NCBI RefSeq assembly: GCF_009914755.1
Contig: NC_060925.1
Reading direction: 5' to 3' (one strand)
DNA length: 64,000 nucleotides
DNA from: the human T2T-CHM13v2.0 reference genome, Homo sapiens
The notes under the pieces are model-generated. The model saw only the letters and a program-made list of their open reading frames with translations. It was not told the origin of the DNA and did no database searches. The number at the start of each line of letters is the position of its first letter. The first letter of the stretch is position 1. Positions 1 to 18,172 of the stretch are shown here, in pieces. Position numbers and translations under genes: made by a program.

Positions 1-275
1 TAACATCTGCCAGGATAGTTGCTGATTTAGTTATCCTTCTTCATCACAAGAGTGTAATGCTTTAGGAAAATATGAAATATATTTTATTTGACTTTACACC
101 CACGATGACTATCAAATGACACATTCATACTATAAACAGATATATAAATGTTAAAGTCTAGCACAATAATTGGTAAATGTTTATTTTTCATTTATATATC
201 ATATAGTAAAATAGTTGGAATAGAGAGATTTCTAATATTTCCAGGTTTCCACTCTCCTCCTCTACGTAGATACAT

Positions 276-763
276 TGTATAACCGGCCACCCTTCTGTAA
301 GGATAGAACCTGTGAATATGATGAGATAGTCACTGCTGTGATTACATTACAAATATATGACTTCACCCATAGTAGAGTAGAGACTGGCAAAAAGACTCAC
401 TCTAGCTAATCTAGAAGAACACAGTAGCTATGCTACAGACTGCCTATGGGAGCCAGGTGGCAAGAAAATGTGGGTGGCTGATAATATCTAAGTATGATAA
501 TTGACCAACAGGTAGCAAGAATACAGCTGTGAGAAGATGCATTGTGCCAAGATGAATTTAGTGAGTTTGGAAGAGGACCCTGAGCCTGAAATGAGAATTG
601 CAACCCTGGCTGACACCTCCATTTCAGTCTGACATGACCTTAACAGAGGACCCAGATAACCTGTACTACACACCTGACCTATGAAAACTGTGAGATCATA
701 AATATGTGTTGTTTTAGGCCACTATTTTTGTGATAATTTATTACACAGTGGTAGAAAACTAAT
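276..763 (+). mobile_element. MaLR solo LTR, MLT1-type (MLT1D/E-like)
   Basis: Typical MLT1 3' end 'aaaactgtgagatcataaatatgtgttgttttaggccact...tttattacacagtggtagaaaactaat' and internal 'cctgtgaatatgatgaga' and 'caaccctggctgacacc'. Confidence 0.8.
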
Positions 764-1564
764 GGAAGGATAAACATAATTTAAAAGGCAGGGCAACTAA
801 TATACTTCAAACCCTTGTCAATAACTTAGCTACCTTTCATCTAATTTATGTATGTCCCACCTATAGATTGTTCCAAGTTACTGTCACAGTGTCTGGTTCC
901 ATAAGCTTCCAGTTTATATAAAATGCCATGAAGAATACTGACATTAACTATTTGCTAAAATATTTTTTCATGCATCTGTTTGTTTATATGTTTTATTCAT
1001 TTTTACTTTTTTACTCTAAACATTTAATACCTTTTAAGTGGCCCCTAACATATCTTGGTAAAAATCATTCCCCAGTAATAAAAACTTATTAATAATATAT
1101 GAAAGAGCATTATTTAGAGATTGATTATTACTTTCCCCCTGCCCCAACTAAGCTTAGAGTTAAAATACAAACTATGGAAATAAAGTAAATAAAAGTAGAT
1201 AGAAGAAGTGCATTTCTAATACAATTGGCTGAAATAATGGATTACTTTGATTCATGGCATTTTTCTTTCTGAATATTTAAAATAATACTGGTAAGATTTA
1301 ATTTCTGAGACTTTTTTAATCTGAAGAAAGATGATTAAACAATCATTGTGATGTCCTCTTATTTTTAGGATATTTTCTTTTATTCCTCTAAGAGCATTGT
1401 AAACAACCTGATAATGCCTTATTAACACACTTAAGAATTTGATAAATCCAGCCAATGGTTTAGTAGCATCTACAACATTTTATATGCTTTATCTTTATGA
1501 TCAAATAGAAAGATGGTATAAAGAATTATTTTGCTGATCTGAAATTCAGAAAAGCTTCAGGAAA

Positions 1565-1750
1565 CAGAATGGCGTAGTGTTTATGAATATGTTATCGGCG
1601 TTACAAATAGTTGTGTTGGATTTCAAGTCTACCAATCAGCTGTGAGGTCTGAGCATTAACTTCTTCAGATTATAATTCTTCATAAATTGTATATAATTAG
1701 TATCTATATCAGAAGGATCTACAAATAAGTTATAATACTTATTAGAATAA
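1565..1750 (+). mobile_element. MIR SINE, degenerate
   Basis: 'atggcgtagtgtttatgaat...agctgtgaggtctgagcattaacttc' resembles the MIR 5' end and core. Confidence 0.45.
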
Positions 1751-2299
1751 TTGTTTCACAAATGACATCATTGATTATTTTATACATATCATTTTGTTGT
1801 CATGCTCTAGTTATTTATCCATTACTTTTCAAATTAGTTAGAAAAAATACAAACAGCAATATTTTATTCCTCTCAAACTCATGATTACAGATAATATTTG
1901 GAATGAATATGGAATTTGAAAATATTATGAAATAAATGTGCTCAGAATGGCAATTATTGCCTTATTTCATATCTAGAAATTTTAACGTAGAAACTGGATA
2001 CTATATACAACATTGGGCACATTAAATATTTGCTTTATTTTATACAATGAATAAGAATTGAATAGAGTAAATACACAAATAAAGTTGTGTATTTTGGGAA
2101 TAAAGTAAAATTGAATATGACCACCAAATTCAATTAATGTGCACATGGAACTATAGTAGCTTTCACAACATTTTGAACTTTTCTCACCCAAAGTATATAT
2201 TTTATAACTTAAACAAGTATATACTCATATTTGTGTAAGAGAAACAAAAGTTTTATGAAACAGTGCTTTTAATTTTTTGGCAGAGCTTCATATTTTTTA

Positions 2300-2670
2300 G
2301 ACATTCTTCCTAGAATTCCATTCCTAGAGACATAAGCTCTATATCTTCTCTCTGTGACTCTTGGTTGGTCTGTGTCTGCTCTGAACAATAGAATATTGTT
2401 GAAGTGATATGATGCCATTTTTCTGGCCCAGGCCTTGAGAGACTAGCTTTTTCTGTTTCATGGTTCTTGGAACATTTGCCCTTGGTGTCCTTGGCTGCCA
2501 CATTTCCCAAGGCCACCAAACTGTGAGGAAGCCCAAGCTGACTATATATAAGAGTCCATGTGAGCAGGGAGGAAGAAAGAGAGAGAGAGAGAGAGAGAAG
2601 ATAAAAGAGAGTAAAGGAGAGAGAGGGAAGTGAGGGAGAGAGAGGGAAGTGAGACAGAGAGAGGGAAGTG

Positions 2671-2717
<47 letters not shown>

Positions 2718-2917
2718 ACCAGTTCCCAGCTACTCTAAACCCCAGTCATTCATCCGCCGTATGAGGCACCCCAGCCCCAGATTACTTGAAGCAGAAATAA
2801 TTGTTCCCCAAGGCTTTCTGTCTGAAGATTCTGGACTCACAAAATCAATAAAACACTAATGAATTTTTTAATCACTAAATTTTAAAGTAGCTTGTTATGC
2901 AACACTGGAAAATCAAA
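2300..2917 (+). mobile_element. MaLR LTR, MLT1F/G/H-like, interrupted by a GA-rich microsatellite
   Basis: 'caatagaatattgttgaagtgatatgatgcc', 'tgtgaggaagcccaagct' and terminal 'ttttaatcactaaattttaaagtagcttgttatgcaacac'. Confidence 0.75.
2566..2713 (+). repeat. (GA)n purine-rich microsatellite with three 19-bp GGAAGTGA-containing units
   Basis: Read directly: GA runs with 'gagagggaagtgag' at 19-bp spacing. Confidence 0.95.
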
Positions 2918-3154
2918 AGTCTTATTAGTACATAATTTAAGCTCTATTAATCTCAAAAAATGGTCTTCAACTGCTAAATAGATTTCATAATGTGTTAAGG
3001 GATTTCAACGTATAATTTGAAAAACGCTACTATGGACTTTCCAATAAACAAAGCAAAAACACGGCACATATGAAATTAACTTCAAATTCTTTGTGTCTTT
3101 GGAGTATTTGCAAACAGAAAAACAACAACAGCATGACATTCTAAAGCCTAAATC

Positions 3155-3370
3155 TAGTGTAGTTTAGTGGAAAGTACATGGCCTTTATTGTTAAAAAAAA
3201 AGAAAAAAAAAAGCTGGCCTTAGTTCTGTCTGCTAATTTCTTGTCAAAATTCCTTTACTTCTCCTACCTTTAATTTTTGTCTGTGTTATAAGAATAATAC
3301 TTATGTAAATGTTGTTACAAACACGAAATGATATAGAAAATTAAAAAGCACTTCATGCCACAATTTAATA
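3155..3370 (+). mobile_element. MIR SINE
   Basis: 'agtgtagtttagtggaaagtacatggccttt' start, 'ctgtgttataagaataatactta' core-like segment. Confidence 0.55.
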
Positions 3371-4179
3371 TGAAGACATACATATTAGTTGCCATATCAT
3401 CACCCTGTTTAAAAATAATGATAATAAAAATCAAGATACTATATTTTAACTATTCTTTATAAATATAACCACCACCACCACCATCACAACAGGCAAAACC
3501 TCAAAAAAAAATCCCTGTGTTGTTTCAGAAGTATATAAGTAAATAATGGCTCTAGCTTTGTTGGTGAAAGGAGTATTAAATGAAAATTATTTTACCAATC
3601 TCTCTGATCTCCAGGTAGGGGCACAGTTTCAGGTAAACACAAATAAAATTAGACTAAGACAAGCTTAACGTTAGCTTCTGCGAGTCAGATTTCTCTCTCT
3701 CTTTTTTTTTTTCTTCTGAGTTAAAATTTCTCTTCTCACTTTTAGGCGACCTACCCTTTGCACTTGTTGAGTAACTAAACACACCTGGATATAAATATTG
3801 CATAATGTCTTGCCTCTATCTGCTTTAGCTCTAAAGACGAAATTTTGATTCTTTGACAGTTTTCACTATGAACAAGTAGAGAGATAATATTATGAAGACC
3901 TAGGGTACAGGCGTGAACTAAAATTATACATCACTTCCTCGAAGGCCAAATGTAAGATGACTGTGGATTTGGTGACAGAAAGGAAACCTTTTATTGACTC
4001 TGTTCCTGTAGGGAGGACAATCTCCTTGGTTTTGTGGTAGCTGCAGGGCAGTTTATGAGTGCTCCCATAGAGAGAGAGCATGCCACGTTATTACTCGCTT
4101 TTTCCAGGACTTCTAGTAATAGCAGGGCTATGGCATCATCCATACCTTCTCCTAAGCATACCTCAGTCTTCTATAAAAA

Positions 4180-4430
4180 TTATATTGTTAGGATTATAAA
4201 TATAGGTGTCAAAAGCCAGAAACACCAAGTTGCAATTGTTTCCCTGCTTATTTGCTGATTGACCCTGAACTTCATTTTTATGACACTCAGATTTTTCATC
4301 TGTAAAATCAAGCAAATAATGCTAATCCTATACAATTTTTTTAGTAAGTAAAATGGTATTTATAAAGCATTTCTCTTAGAGCATGCAGAAGATGGATATT
4401 AAGTATCAGCTATCATCATCTTTATTATTG
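4180..4430 (+). mobile_element. MIR SINE
   Basis: MIR core 'ctcagatttttcatctgtaaaatcaagcaaataat' and tail 'agctatcatcatctttattatt'. Confidence 0.7.
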
Positions 4431-4489
4431 TCTGTGTAACTGAGATGCAGTTCTTTTTCTTTATTCACTAACCTGGGCAAGAAACTGGA

Positions 4490-5050
<561 letters not shown>

Positions 5051-5377
5051 TCTCCCAATATGTATATTTAAGACAAGATGTATTTTGTGCTTTGGAGAAT
5101 AATTTACAAAACTTAGAGCTGTATATAAGGGACTTTTATTACCTTTTTATTCTTTACCTCTTTCACCACTTAAGAGAGCATTCATTTTCCTCCAATAATA
5201 CTTTTACTACTGGTAAGTATATGTATTTACATTTTAATGAAGACTCCAGGTATTGAATGCTTCTTCAAGTAATAAAGGAATTCAGGTGAACTAATATTTA
5301 TATGATTGTTTTAAAATACTTTCAAGGAACATCTCATCTATCAATCATTTTATCTAATTCTTGCCCATTTTATCTAA

Positions 5378-5427
5378 TTGTTGCCCAGGCTGGAGTGCAA
5401 TGGCATGATCTCGGCTTACTGTAACCT
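5378..5427 (-). mobile_element. 50-bp Alu fragment, copy of 4785-4834
   Basis: 48/50 identical to 4785-4834 by hand alignment; no tail and no TSD. Confidence 0.9.
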
Positions 5428-5751
5428 TGTACAGTACATCCAACTTGTAAAATAAGCCCAGAATATGTCATTCAACTTTAAAGAGTAGGATTGAAAAATA
5501 CAAGATACATTAAAATCAGCTAGACTAATTTGATAGATGTAACTAAGGACTTACTCAGAATCAAAATCAAAGCATACGTATATTGTATGCTAGTCTTTAG
5601 ATGAATTAACATATATGAGTATATTAGAGGTGGCCTTCCTAAAGAAGGCCATGCCAAACAATGAAACACTGTTTTCCTTCATAAGTAGGTACCTTGGAAT
5701 ATCCATGCAGCAACCTTCTACTATTTCTTCGCAGTTATAAGGGTTCTCTAA

Positions 5752-6265
5752 TCTATTAGTCTGAATTCTCCAACAAACAGTATCTGGGAAGGAATTGCTA
5801 TGCAAAAGATTTATTGGAAAAAAAAAACACTAGAGAGAAAAGGGAGGAGAGTTGGTGGAGCCTGTGAAAACCATGAGCCTGCAATGAACATTTGACCCCT
5901 GTGAAGGAGAGGAGGAAGGCAAGAAGGCAAAAGAGAAGTGAGGAAGGCAGGAGGAAGGGAAAGAGGGAAGGAAGAAAGGTTCTAGATTGAAATGCAGTTC
6001 TAAGAATGTTTGAAGAAGCCTGATGGGGAGCTAAAGCATAGTCAAAATCTTCTCTTAGATTCTTTAGTGGAGTCCTTCGTCTCCCAGCAATAATCCTGCC
6101 TTAGTATCTTCAGTGTCCTCCTCAGTCTTGTTGGCTTGTTGGAGCCCTTAAAAACCATGGCTTTGGTTCAAATGAGATGGATTTCAGAGCACTGCAGATT
6201 GGACCAGCAATCACTTACACTTCCTGCAGTGGGGAATCTGAGAGGAGGATTTCATGGTCATTACA
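5752..6265 (-). mobile_element. ERVL solo LTR, LTR16 family
   Basis: 'acccctgtgaaggagaggaggaagg', 'gcagttctaagaatgttt', terminal 'gaatctgagaggaggatttcatggtcattaca'; reverse polyA signal 'tttatt' near the left end. Confidence 0.75.
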
Positions 6266-6311
6266 CTGAGCATGCCTGAAATGTTGAAAATCACCTCATT
6301 TTCCTTGCTTA

Positions 6312-6545
6312 CTGGTAGTAGTTAAGAGCTTTAGAATCAGACTGAAATGAGCTTCTATCCTCATGTCTTTGAGCAATTAACTATGCATTCTATGCTCGTT
6401 GATAACAATCTGGAAAGAATATTTTGACTCGGTCTCTACATCTTTTAAGTGTGTGTAATAAAACCTATCCCATAGGGTTGTGGCAGAGACAGTATGTGTA
6501 CAGGACTTAACACTCATTAAGTGAATAATAATAGCTATTATTACA
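6312..6545 (+). mobile_element. MIR SINE
   Basis: 'gtagtagttaagagctttagaatcagact' and 'aataaaacctatcccatagggttgtgg', tail 'tagctattattac'. Confidence 0.7.
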
Positions 6546-9500
6546 ATCGAAATGCTCATAGCCAACTTCTACCATCTTTCTCTCCATTTACTGTTGCCTC
6601 TTGCATACTGAATACTCCAACATTATACTTCTCTCTAAAATATCACAAATTTAGCCATATAAAGACCAAGGATCTTCTTTCCCATATATCATAAAACCAT
6701 GTAATTGGATAATTTAATTAAACTTTGTATAAACTGGTTTGTTATTACTGTGAAAAAATAGTTATTCTATTTGTATTAAAATTAATGTTTTGGAAGACAT
6801 TATAAAAGCATCTCTAAAAATTGATTGTGAACTAGTATAACCAAAGAATTCAAAAGATTTGAGATAAATAAAAACCTAGGATTCTGAATTTGGAGTGCTT
6901 CACAAACATCTTTAATTTCTCACTTCATTTTAGCAAACAAACAAATGAACAAAACCTAGAAATCATAACACTGTGTTCTAGTTGTCTCTGTGAGACAGAT
7001 CTTGAGGAAATCAGCAACCCATGCCAAAAAGCCTTTTTTTCCAATAATGAATGTAGTACAATATTTTCCGTTAAATTAAGTGTTTAATGCATGCACATAT
7101 TGTTTCTACTGTATTTTCATGATTCTCAGACTAAACTGACTTCTATCAACAGTAAAAACTTTGAGTTTTTTTTTGCATAAAAGGGCTTTTATTCTATTAC
7201 AGTTCGCCCCAATATAGCCATTTATAGAACAGGCTTGTAAACACCTGCCTTCTTCAGGTTGCTGCTCTAAGATTAACTGAGATTGCTCATATAAGAGCAT
7301 TAACTGTTGTATCTACAGCAAAGAACATGCACAATAACTATTCATCTTGAACCTTCCTCTGATTCTTCCTTTCTTTTTCACTTCCTTACTTTTTATTTCT
7401 TCCATGCTTCTTTACCCCATTATTCCTTTCATTCTTTCCAATGCTCTCTTACTGTTTCTGCTGAAAACATTAATTTCAAAAGTTTAATTCTACCCTAATT
7501 TAGTTTTCTACCACAATGGTGCAATCAGAAGGAAATACTGATTCGATTAAATCAGAAACGTGGTCTCCCATTTAAATTAAATACCACATAAAAGAACACT
7601 CACTCTTTCATTTCCTAATGATGTTCAATAACTTCAAAATCATCTAGGGAATTTTTGATGCTTCTTGATGAATTTATGGGAGAAGGGTGTAGAACATCAG
7701 TTAGTTTTATTATTTTCCTTTCAATGGCTTATAGTTTTCAAGAAACAACTTACCTTTATAAATCTAATTTTGTACCCTAAAGTACTGCTTTGGAGAAAGT
7801 GTTTAAAATTAATAACAAGTGAAATTTATGTAAAAATCAACATTTAGAACACAACTATGGTGCAATTTATTAACTAGGTTTAAAAGAAATCAGGTTCATT
7901 AATAATCTAGTGAGATTAGTGTGTGGAGGAGATAACCTTTAACAAATTCAGCTTAATCAGTATTTAAGGCATTTTGTAAATATCTTCTTGGAATTGAGGC
8001 ATCTAGAAAGAACTCAGACATATGGATGAAATGCAAAAAAGTTAATTTGTGTCATAGTCACATAACTGAAGTTTATTTTGCCGTAAAATACTTTGAATGT
8101 GATTAAAGATCATATTTCTAATGCATATAAAAATAGGCCTTTGCTGAAGCCTGTAGAATTCATTGTGATAAATATCTTAATATCTTATGTGATAAGAGTA
8201 CACTATGAATTTTATGAATTTTTAATATATATTATATATGTGGCTTACTTGATTGCATTAAAATATTTCTTCTGGTGGCAACTAGTTCTTTTGAGGAGAA
8301 ATTTCTGAACAATGATATTATCCAAGGAAGTGAGAGGCCATCAGTTTTAACTTCCAATGTGTTGGGTTTATATTGCATTGTGCCATTAAAAAGCCATTTT
8401 CTCTCTGTGATTCTGTGCCTCCTAATAGGCAGATATTAGGATATTTATCTACCTGGCAATATTCTCAGCCAATATTTGTCAGTCTTACTCTGCACAATTA
8501 CAGAAGAAAAGGATTGGTAAAAAAGGGAACAAAAAGTAATAGACCACAAAGAAAGTAAATATGTATGCCACAGAAGAGTTCATGTTTTCACTTTTCTATA
8601 CTTTTTTGCTCACTTTAGACTTTTCTTTCACATGGTGAAATTTCTTAACTATAATACATAGTTTCTTCATTTATATGCAGGATTATTTTATGAAGGGCAG
8701 CTTACATCTCTTCTTGTGTATGGGAAATAGAATAAAAATGCAAAAGAAAAAATCATTATAGGTTGTTATTGATTTAAAAATTCATCTTCTGTCTTGAAAG
8801 GCTTCACAGACTTAGGATGCTTAGATGAGTTGAAGAGTGGTTAAAAAAAGTCAACTTGGATATATCTTTTGGAACTTTCTCCTATGATTTTATAATTTTA
8901 ATTACTGTTCCCTCACAATATAAGGCCATGGAAAAAGGAATATTCATGATGGTTATCAAGGCACATGCTATTAGGAATAAGAAATCTTTCAAAGTCATAA
9001 ATGTCATTTAACAGACCAGTGGAATAGCTTAGCTTGGATATTACAAAGAGAAAGAATTGTAGCCAAGATAATAGCATGCCCAAAACTAACCATTTAAAGA
9101 CATATCATATTATAGTTCTTTATCAAATAGGAGAATTAGAATGTAAACAAAAACACACACACACACATAAATATTCTCCAATCCTGTGGAATTTAGCTTA
9201 TAATATAAAACTGTCTAAACAATAATAAAGTAGTTTGGAGATCTATTAAAGTAAATTACCATTTAAAGTAAAAGAAAAAAATTACGTTGTCTTCCTATAG
9301 TCTGCAAAATAATGAAAAAAGTCTAGACATTAATGTGAAAGTCCTACAGTCCTTCTTGATATGGTAGATATTTGTGTTGAAGTTAATATATAGTAAAATA
9401 TACAAGTTTTTTTAATTTTATTTTTTTCTTTCTTTAATCAAACTGTAATATTGTAAAATATTTTGGCTTTTGGAGACAAATGGTTTTATATTTGGAGCTG

Positions 9501-9609
9501 TTTAAAGTAGTTGAAGTCTAAGATATTTGGTAGTCTATACTACTATTACAAACAAATATAAAATGCAAGGGAAGAAAGAAATAGAAAGTTAATTGTCACA
9601 AACATAACA

Positions 9610-9885
9610 TCTCAGGGCTATACCAGGTAGGCAGGGAGGTTACTGCATGCAGTCAGTAGGATATTTCAACTTCTTTACATTCAATGCTTGACTTCAAGGT
9701 TGCTCTGGGCATCAGTATCTCAGCCAGCAACGAAAACAAGCATATGAGGAACCTTGTATGGGCTAGGCCAGTAAGTGACACATAACACTTTTGCTTACAT
9801 CTCCTTGGCTTTATATCATTCAAATGGCCACAGCAGACTTTGAGGGAAGCAGAAAACAATATGCAGCCCAATGTGCAGAATCTCT
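9610..9885 (-). mobile_element. Old ERVL/MaLR-class LTR fragment (LTR33-like)
   Basis: 'cacttttgcttacatctccttggc...aaatggccacagcagactttgagggaagcagaaa' resembles the reverse of the LTR33-group motif. Confidence 0.5.
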
Positions 9886-11022
9886 GTTTGATGCATAATC
9901 CTTACTGTTAGGTCAGGGTTTGATGGCTCCTTCTGGTCTCAATATTTCTAAACTGAAAAGACAAGTCTTCTATACCTTTAAACTCAATATACAGCAGTGG
10001 ATTGGGGAAAAGATATCCATGCAGAAATAAACAGGAAAGGTGAGGATGGGAAAACACTGAAATTGTAAAAATGAGGAAAAGAATGATAGTATTTTGTAGG
10101 ACAGGTGTTATAAAGAATCTTACTCTGGTAATGAAGGAAATTATTTTATTAGAGCATGAATATTGTCTCAAAGAGAAATGTTAATGTTCTCAGTGGCTCC
10201 AACATTGTCCTCTGAGTAGTTATTTCTTGTTTATTAGTCCTCATGTCCACATCAGTGGTGAGTGTTGAGAATGTAATTTGCTTAGGGAATAGTACAGCTT
10301 TTACACCCTGGTTCCTGCTGGTGCAAACTTGGAAGCCCAAGGTTTATTTATAGCTTAAACAATTAAAGACATTTTTGGGGGTCAGACTTCTTGTTTCTTT
10401 GGCAATATAATATACCTTAAAACTCATGATAGATAATAATCTATTTCCTAGTAGTCAGTTTCAGGTACTGGTAACTCACCCAGACTTGCCTCCTGAACAC
10501 ACTTTTCAAGCCTGCTTTATTTTTAATGTTTGTTGCCCCTATTGCTTTCTTGCTCTCACTACTTAATGGCAACCACAAGTAGATCATGTAGACAGAAATA
10601 GTCTTAAGTGAGAAGATAAACCCTGTATCTGATATTTACTACAGACCTAAATGGGATTTAAGAAGCCTTAATAGAACTTTGTTGCTCAAAGCCTTTTTCA
10701 ACCTTATCTTCTACTTTTTAGGGTCCATCATTAGTTGTTTTTGCCAGCCTTTTGAGAGACTTATTCTTCGCTTTGCCAATGTGTCAATATTTTCTTGAGC
10801 TCATCTCTATATCATATTACCATGCCAAAAGCAGCAAAGCTATCTACACTCACTAATAGTTTTCTTTTTCCAATTATTTTTCCTAGAGCTGTTGGTAACA
10901 TGCACTGACTTTTATGTTTTTCCTGTTGGAAATTTTGTAATATATTTTGTCATTGTATAAGGTGGGTCTTCAGATTTCTAACCTGTAGTATTTTAGTATT
11001 TTTTCTCTTACTGGCTGCTTCC

Positions 11023-11317
<295 letters not shown>

Positions 11318-11459
11318 ACTGCTTCTTAATCATTAAGACAAGACCACATAGTTTGCATTATTTTTACATCAGCATTTTACTTTACCTCTTCAAAATAACC
11401 TCAAATGTAATGCCAACATAAAATAGAAGTGTAATTCTTGCTAAGTGACTCTCAACAGT

Positions 11460-11775
11460 TGCAGGGCATGGTGGTGGGGGAATATTTTTCTACTAGACAT
11501 TGTACAAAGAGTCTGAGGCTAATGTCACTGCCATCTTAACGATGTGGTTTTCAGGGTCATAATAATCAACACCATTTCAATAGGATGCAAAGGTTAAGAG
11601 TAGAAGGGTACTCCTGGAAGATTTTCTGGGACATACATGAAAGTGATCCATAATTCCACTCACATTCTAGATAGAATAGCATGAAGTCACATGGTCACAC
11701 TTACCTTTAAGAAAAACTTGAATATAGCCCATTTGCCTATAAAGAAGAGAGAGCTAGTGGTTTCTGTAACACTGA
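11460..11775 (-). mobile_element. Old ERVL/MaLR-class LTR fragment (LTR33-like)
   Basis: 'ccactcacattctagatagaat...agtcacatggtcacacttac' motif. Confidence 0.5.
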
Positions 11776-11808
11776 TTTTATAAAGTAAAAATTGGAATTA
11801 TAGTAATT

Positions 11809-12115
11809 GCCGGGGTGAGGTAGCTCACACCTGTAATCCCAACATTTTGGGAGGCCAAGGCAGGAGGATCGCTTGGGCCCAGGAGTCTGAGACCAGCCTG
11901 GGCAACATGACAAAACCCCATCTCTACAAAAAAAATACAAAAATTATCTGGGCATGGTGGTGTATTGCCTGTATTTCCAGCTACTCAGGAAGCTAAAGTG
12001 GGAGGGTCAGCTGAGCCTGGGGGGTTGAGGCTGCAGTCAGCCATGATCACAACACTATACTCTAGCCTGGATGACAGAGTACAACTCTGTCAAAAAACAA
12101 ACAAACAAACAAAAC
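11809..12115 (+). mobile_element. AluJ, full length
   Basis: 'ggaggatcgcttgggcccaggagt', 'gaggctgcagtcagccatgatc'; (CAAA)n tail; TSD gaattatagtaatt (11795-11808) / gaactgtagtaatt (12124-12137). Confidence 0.95.
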
Positions 12116-12139
12116 GAATCGAAGAACTGTAGTAATTAA

Positions 12140-12460
<321 letters not shown>

Positions 12461-12769
12461 AAAAAATGTTACTAGGGTTAGAAATAATGAATATTATGCA
12501 TATGGCATTATTATATACTCAAGTAATATTGTGTTTAAAAATAATGTCACTATTATTACCTAGGTTATTGACTGTATTTTATCACATCCAGTTGAGGCTT
12601 TCATAAAGTCTCGAGTTAATGGATTCTTCATTGTGTAATTATATATCATATGTAGATATCAAATGCTTAGCTATTAAATTAAAATTTCATTTGTTCACTA
12701 AAAAGAAAAGAGGGAATTGGGTTATTTAATGACAGATCCATAATGGAAACATGACTATTTTCTTAGAAA

Positions 12770-12925
12770 CAAGATAAAGCTTTATCCTTTCCTCATTTCA
12801 TATACCAATAAATTTTAAATGAACCAAATACTTAAAGTAAAAATAAAATGTAAAAGTTTTATCGGAATTATGAGCAAATATTTTGTAATCTATAATTGTA
12901 GAAGCTCTTTTCAAGCATGTGTGGT
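12770..12925 (+). mobile_element. Old L1 ORF2 3' fragment
   Basis: 'tttcatataccaataaattttaaatgaaccaaatacttaaagtaaaaataaaatgtaaaagtttt' resembles the end of L1 ORF2. Confidence 0.5.
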
Positions 12926-12959
12926 ATTTGTACTAGACAAATATATAAAACTGTTATAT

Positions 12960-17324
<4,365 letters not shown>

Positions 17325-17337
17325 GGCCGGGCGCGGT
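17325..17337 (+). mobile_element. 13-nt Alu 5' head remnant
   Basis: Exact 'ggccgggcgcggt', the first 13 nt of the Alu consensus, following an L1-endonuclease-like site tt/aaga. Confidence 0.75.
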
Positions 17338-18170
17338 CATGTCTTCATGGTTCATCTATATTATAGTACATATTAATACTTCGCTCCTTTTTGTGGATCA
17401 GTAATATTCCATAGTATGAATATACCACTATCTCTTTTTGCATTTATCAGTTGAAGGACCTTTGAGTTGTTTCTGCTTTTCTTTTATATTGGTTTCGTTT
17501 TTGACTATTATAAATAATGCTGTTATAAATATATATTAATACATTTTTATGTATATGTGTTTTCAATTATCTTGTGTAAATAACTAGAAGTGAAATTGCA
17601 GGGTCATATAGTAACTTTATGTTAATATTGTGAAGAATTGCTAAACTGCTTTGCAAATTGCAAAGTGGATGAAATATTTTGGATTTTCCACCAGCAATCT
17701 ATGATGTTTCTAATTTCTCCACAACCTTGCCAACATTTGTTATTGTCCATCTTTTTTTATTATCGCCATCCTAGTGAGTATGAAATGGTTTCTAAATATG
17801 CTTTTTATTTGTTTTTCCCTAACAATTAATGTGTGAAGCATCTTTTCATATATTATTGGCCATTTCTATAGCATTATTGGAAAATGTCTATTCAAAACTT
17901 TTCCCATTTAAAATTTTGTCTTTTCATTGTTGAGTTGCATACGTTCATAATATATTGTAGTTAAAAGTCTATTATTAAATATATGATTTGCAAATGTCTC
18001 CTATAAAAATAAATCTTCCATTTAGGTCTTTCTTAATTTCTTTTAGTGATGTTTTTTAGGTACTGTATACAAATCTTACACTTCTCTTGTTAATTTGTTA
18101 AATTTATCCCTGTGAGTTATCTTTTTGTTTCTTGAAGGGATCATTTGAAGCACAAGCTTTTGCTCTTTTA
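17338..18170 (-). mobile_element. Inverted segment of the same L1 (end of ORF2 and start of 3' UTR)
   Basis: Reverse L1 3' sequence, e.g. 'aatattccatagtatgaatataccac', 'gtgaaattgcagggtcatatagtaac', 'aaatgtctattcaaa'. Confidence 0.9.
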
Positions 18171-18172
18171 AA

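Noticed and set aside
17338-18170. L1 twin-priming 5' inversion as the explanation for the inverted piece
   Set aside because: The inverted piece is internal with + strand L1 on both sides, the breakpoint cuts an Alu, and the duplicated ends are much less diverged than expected for the L1's age.
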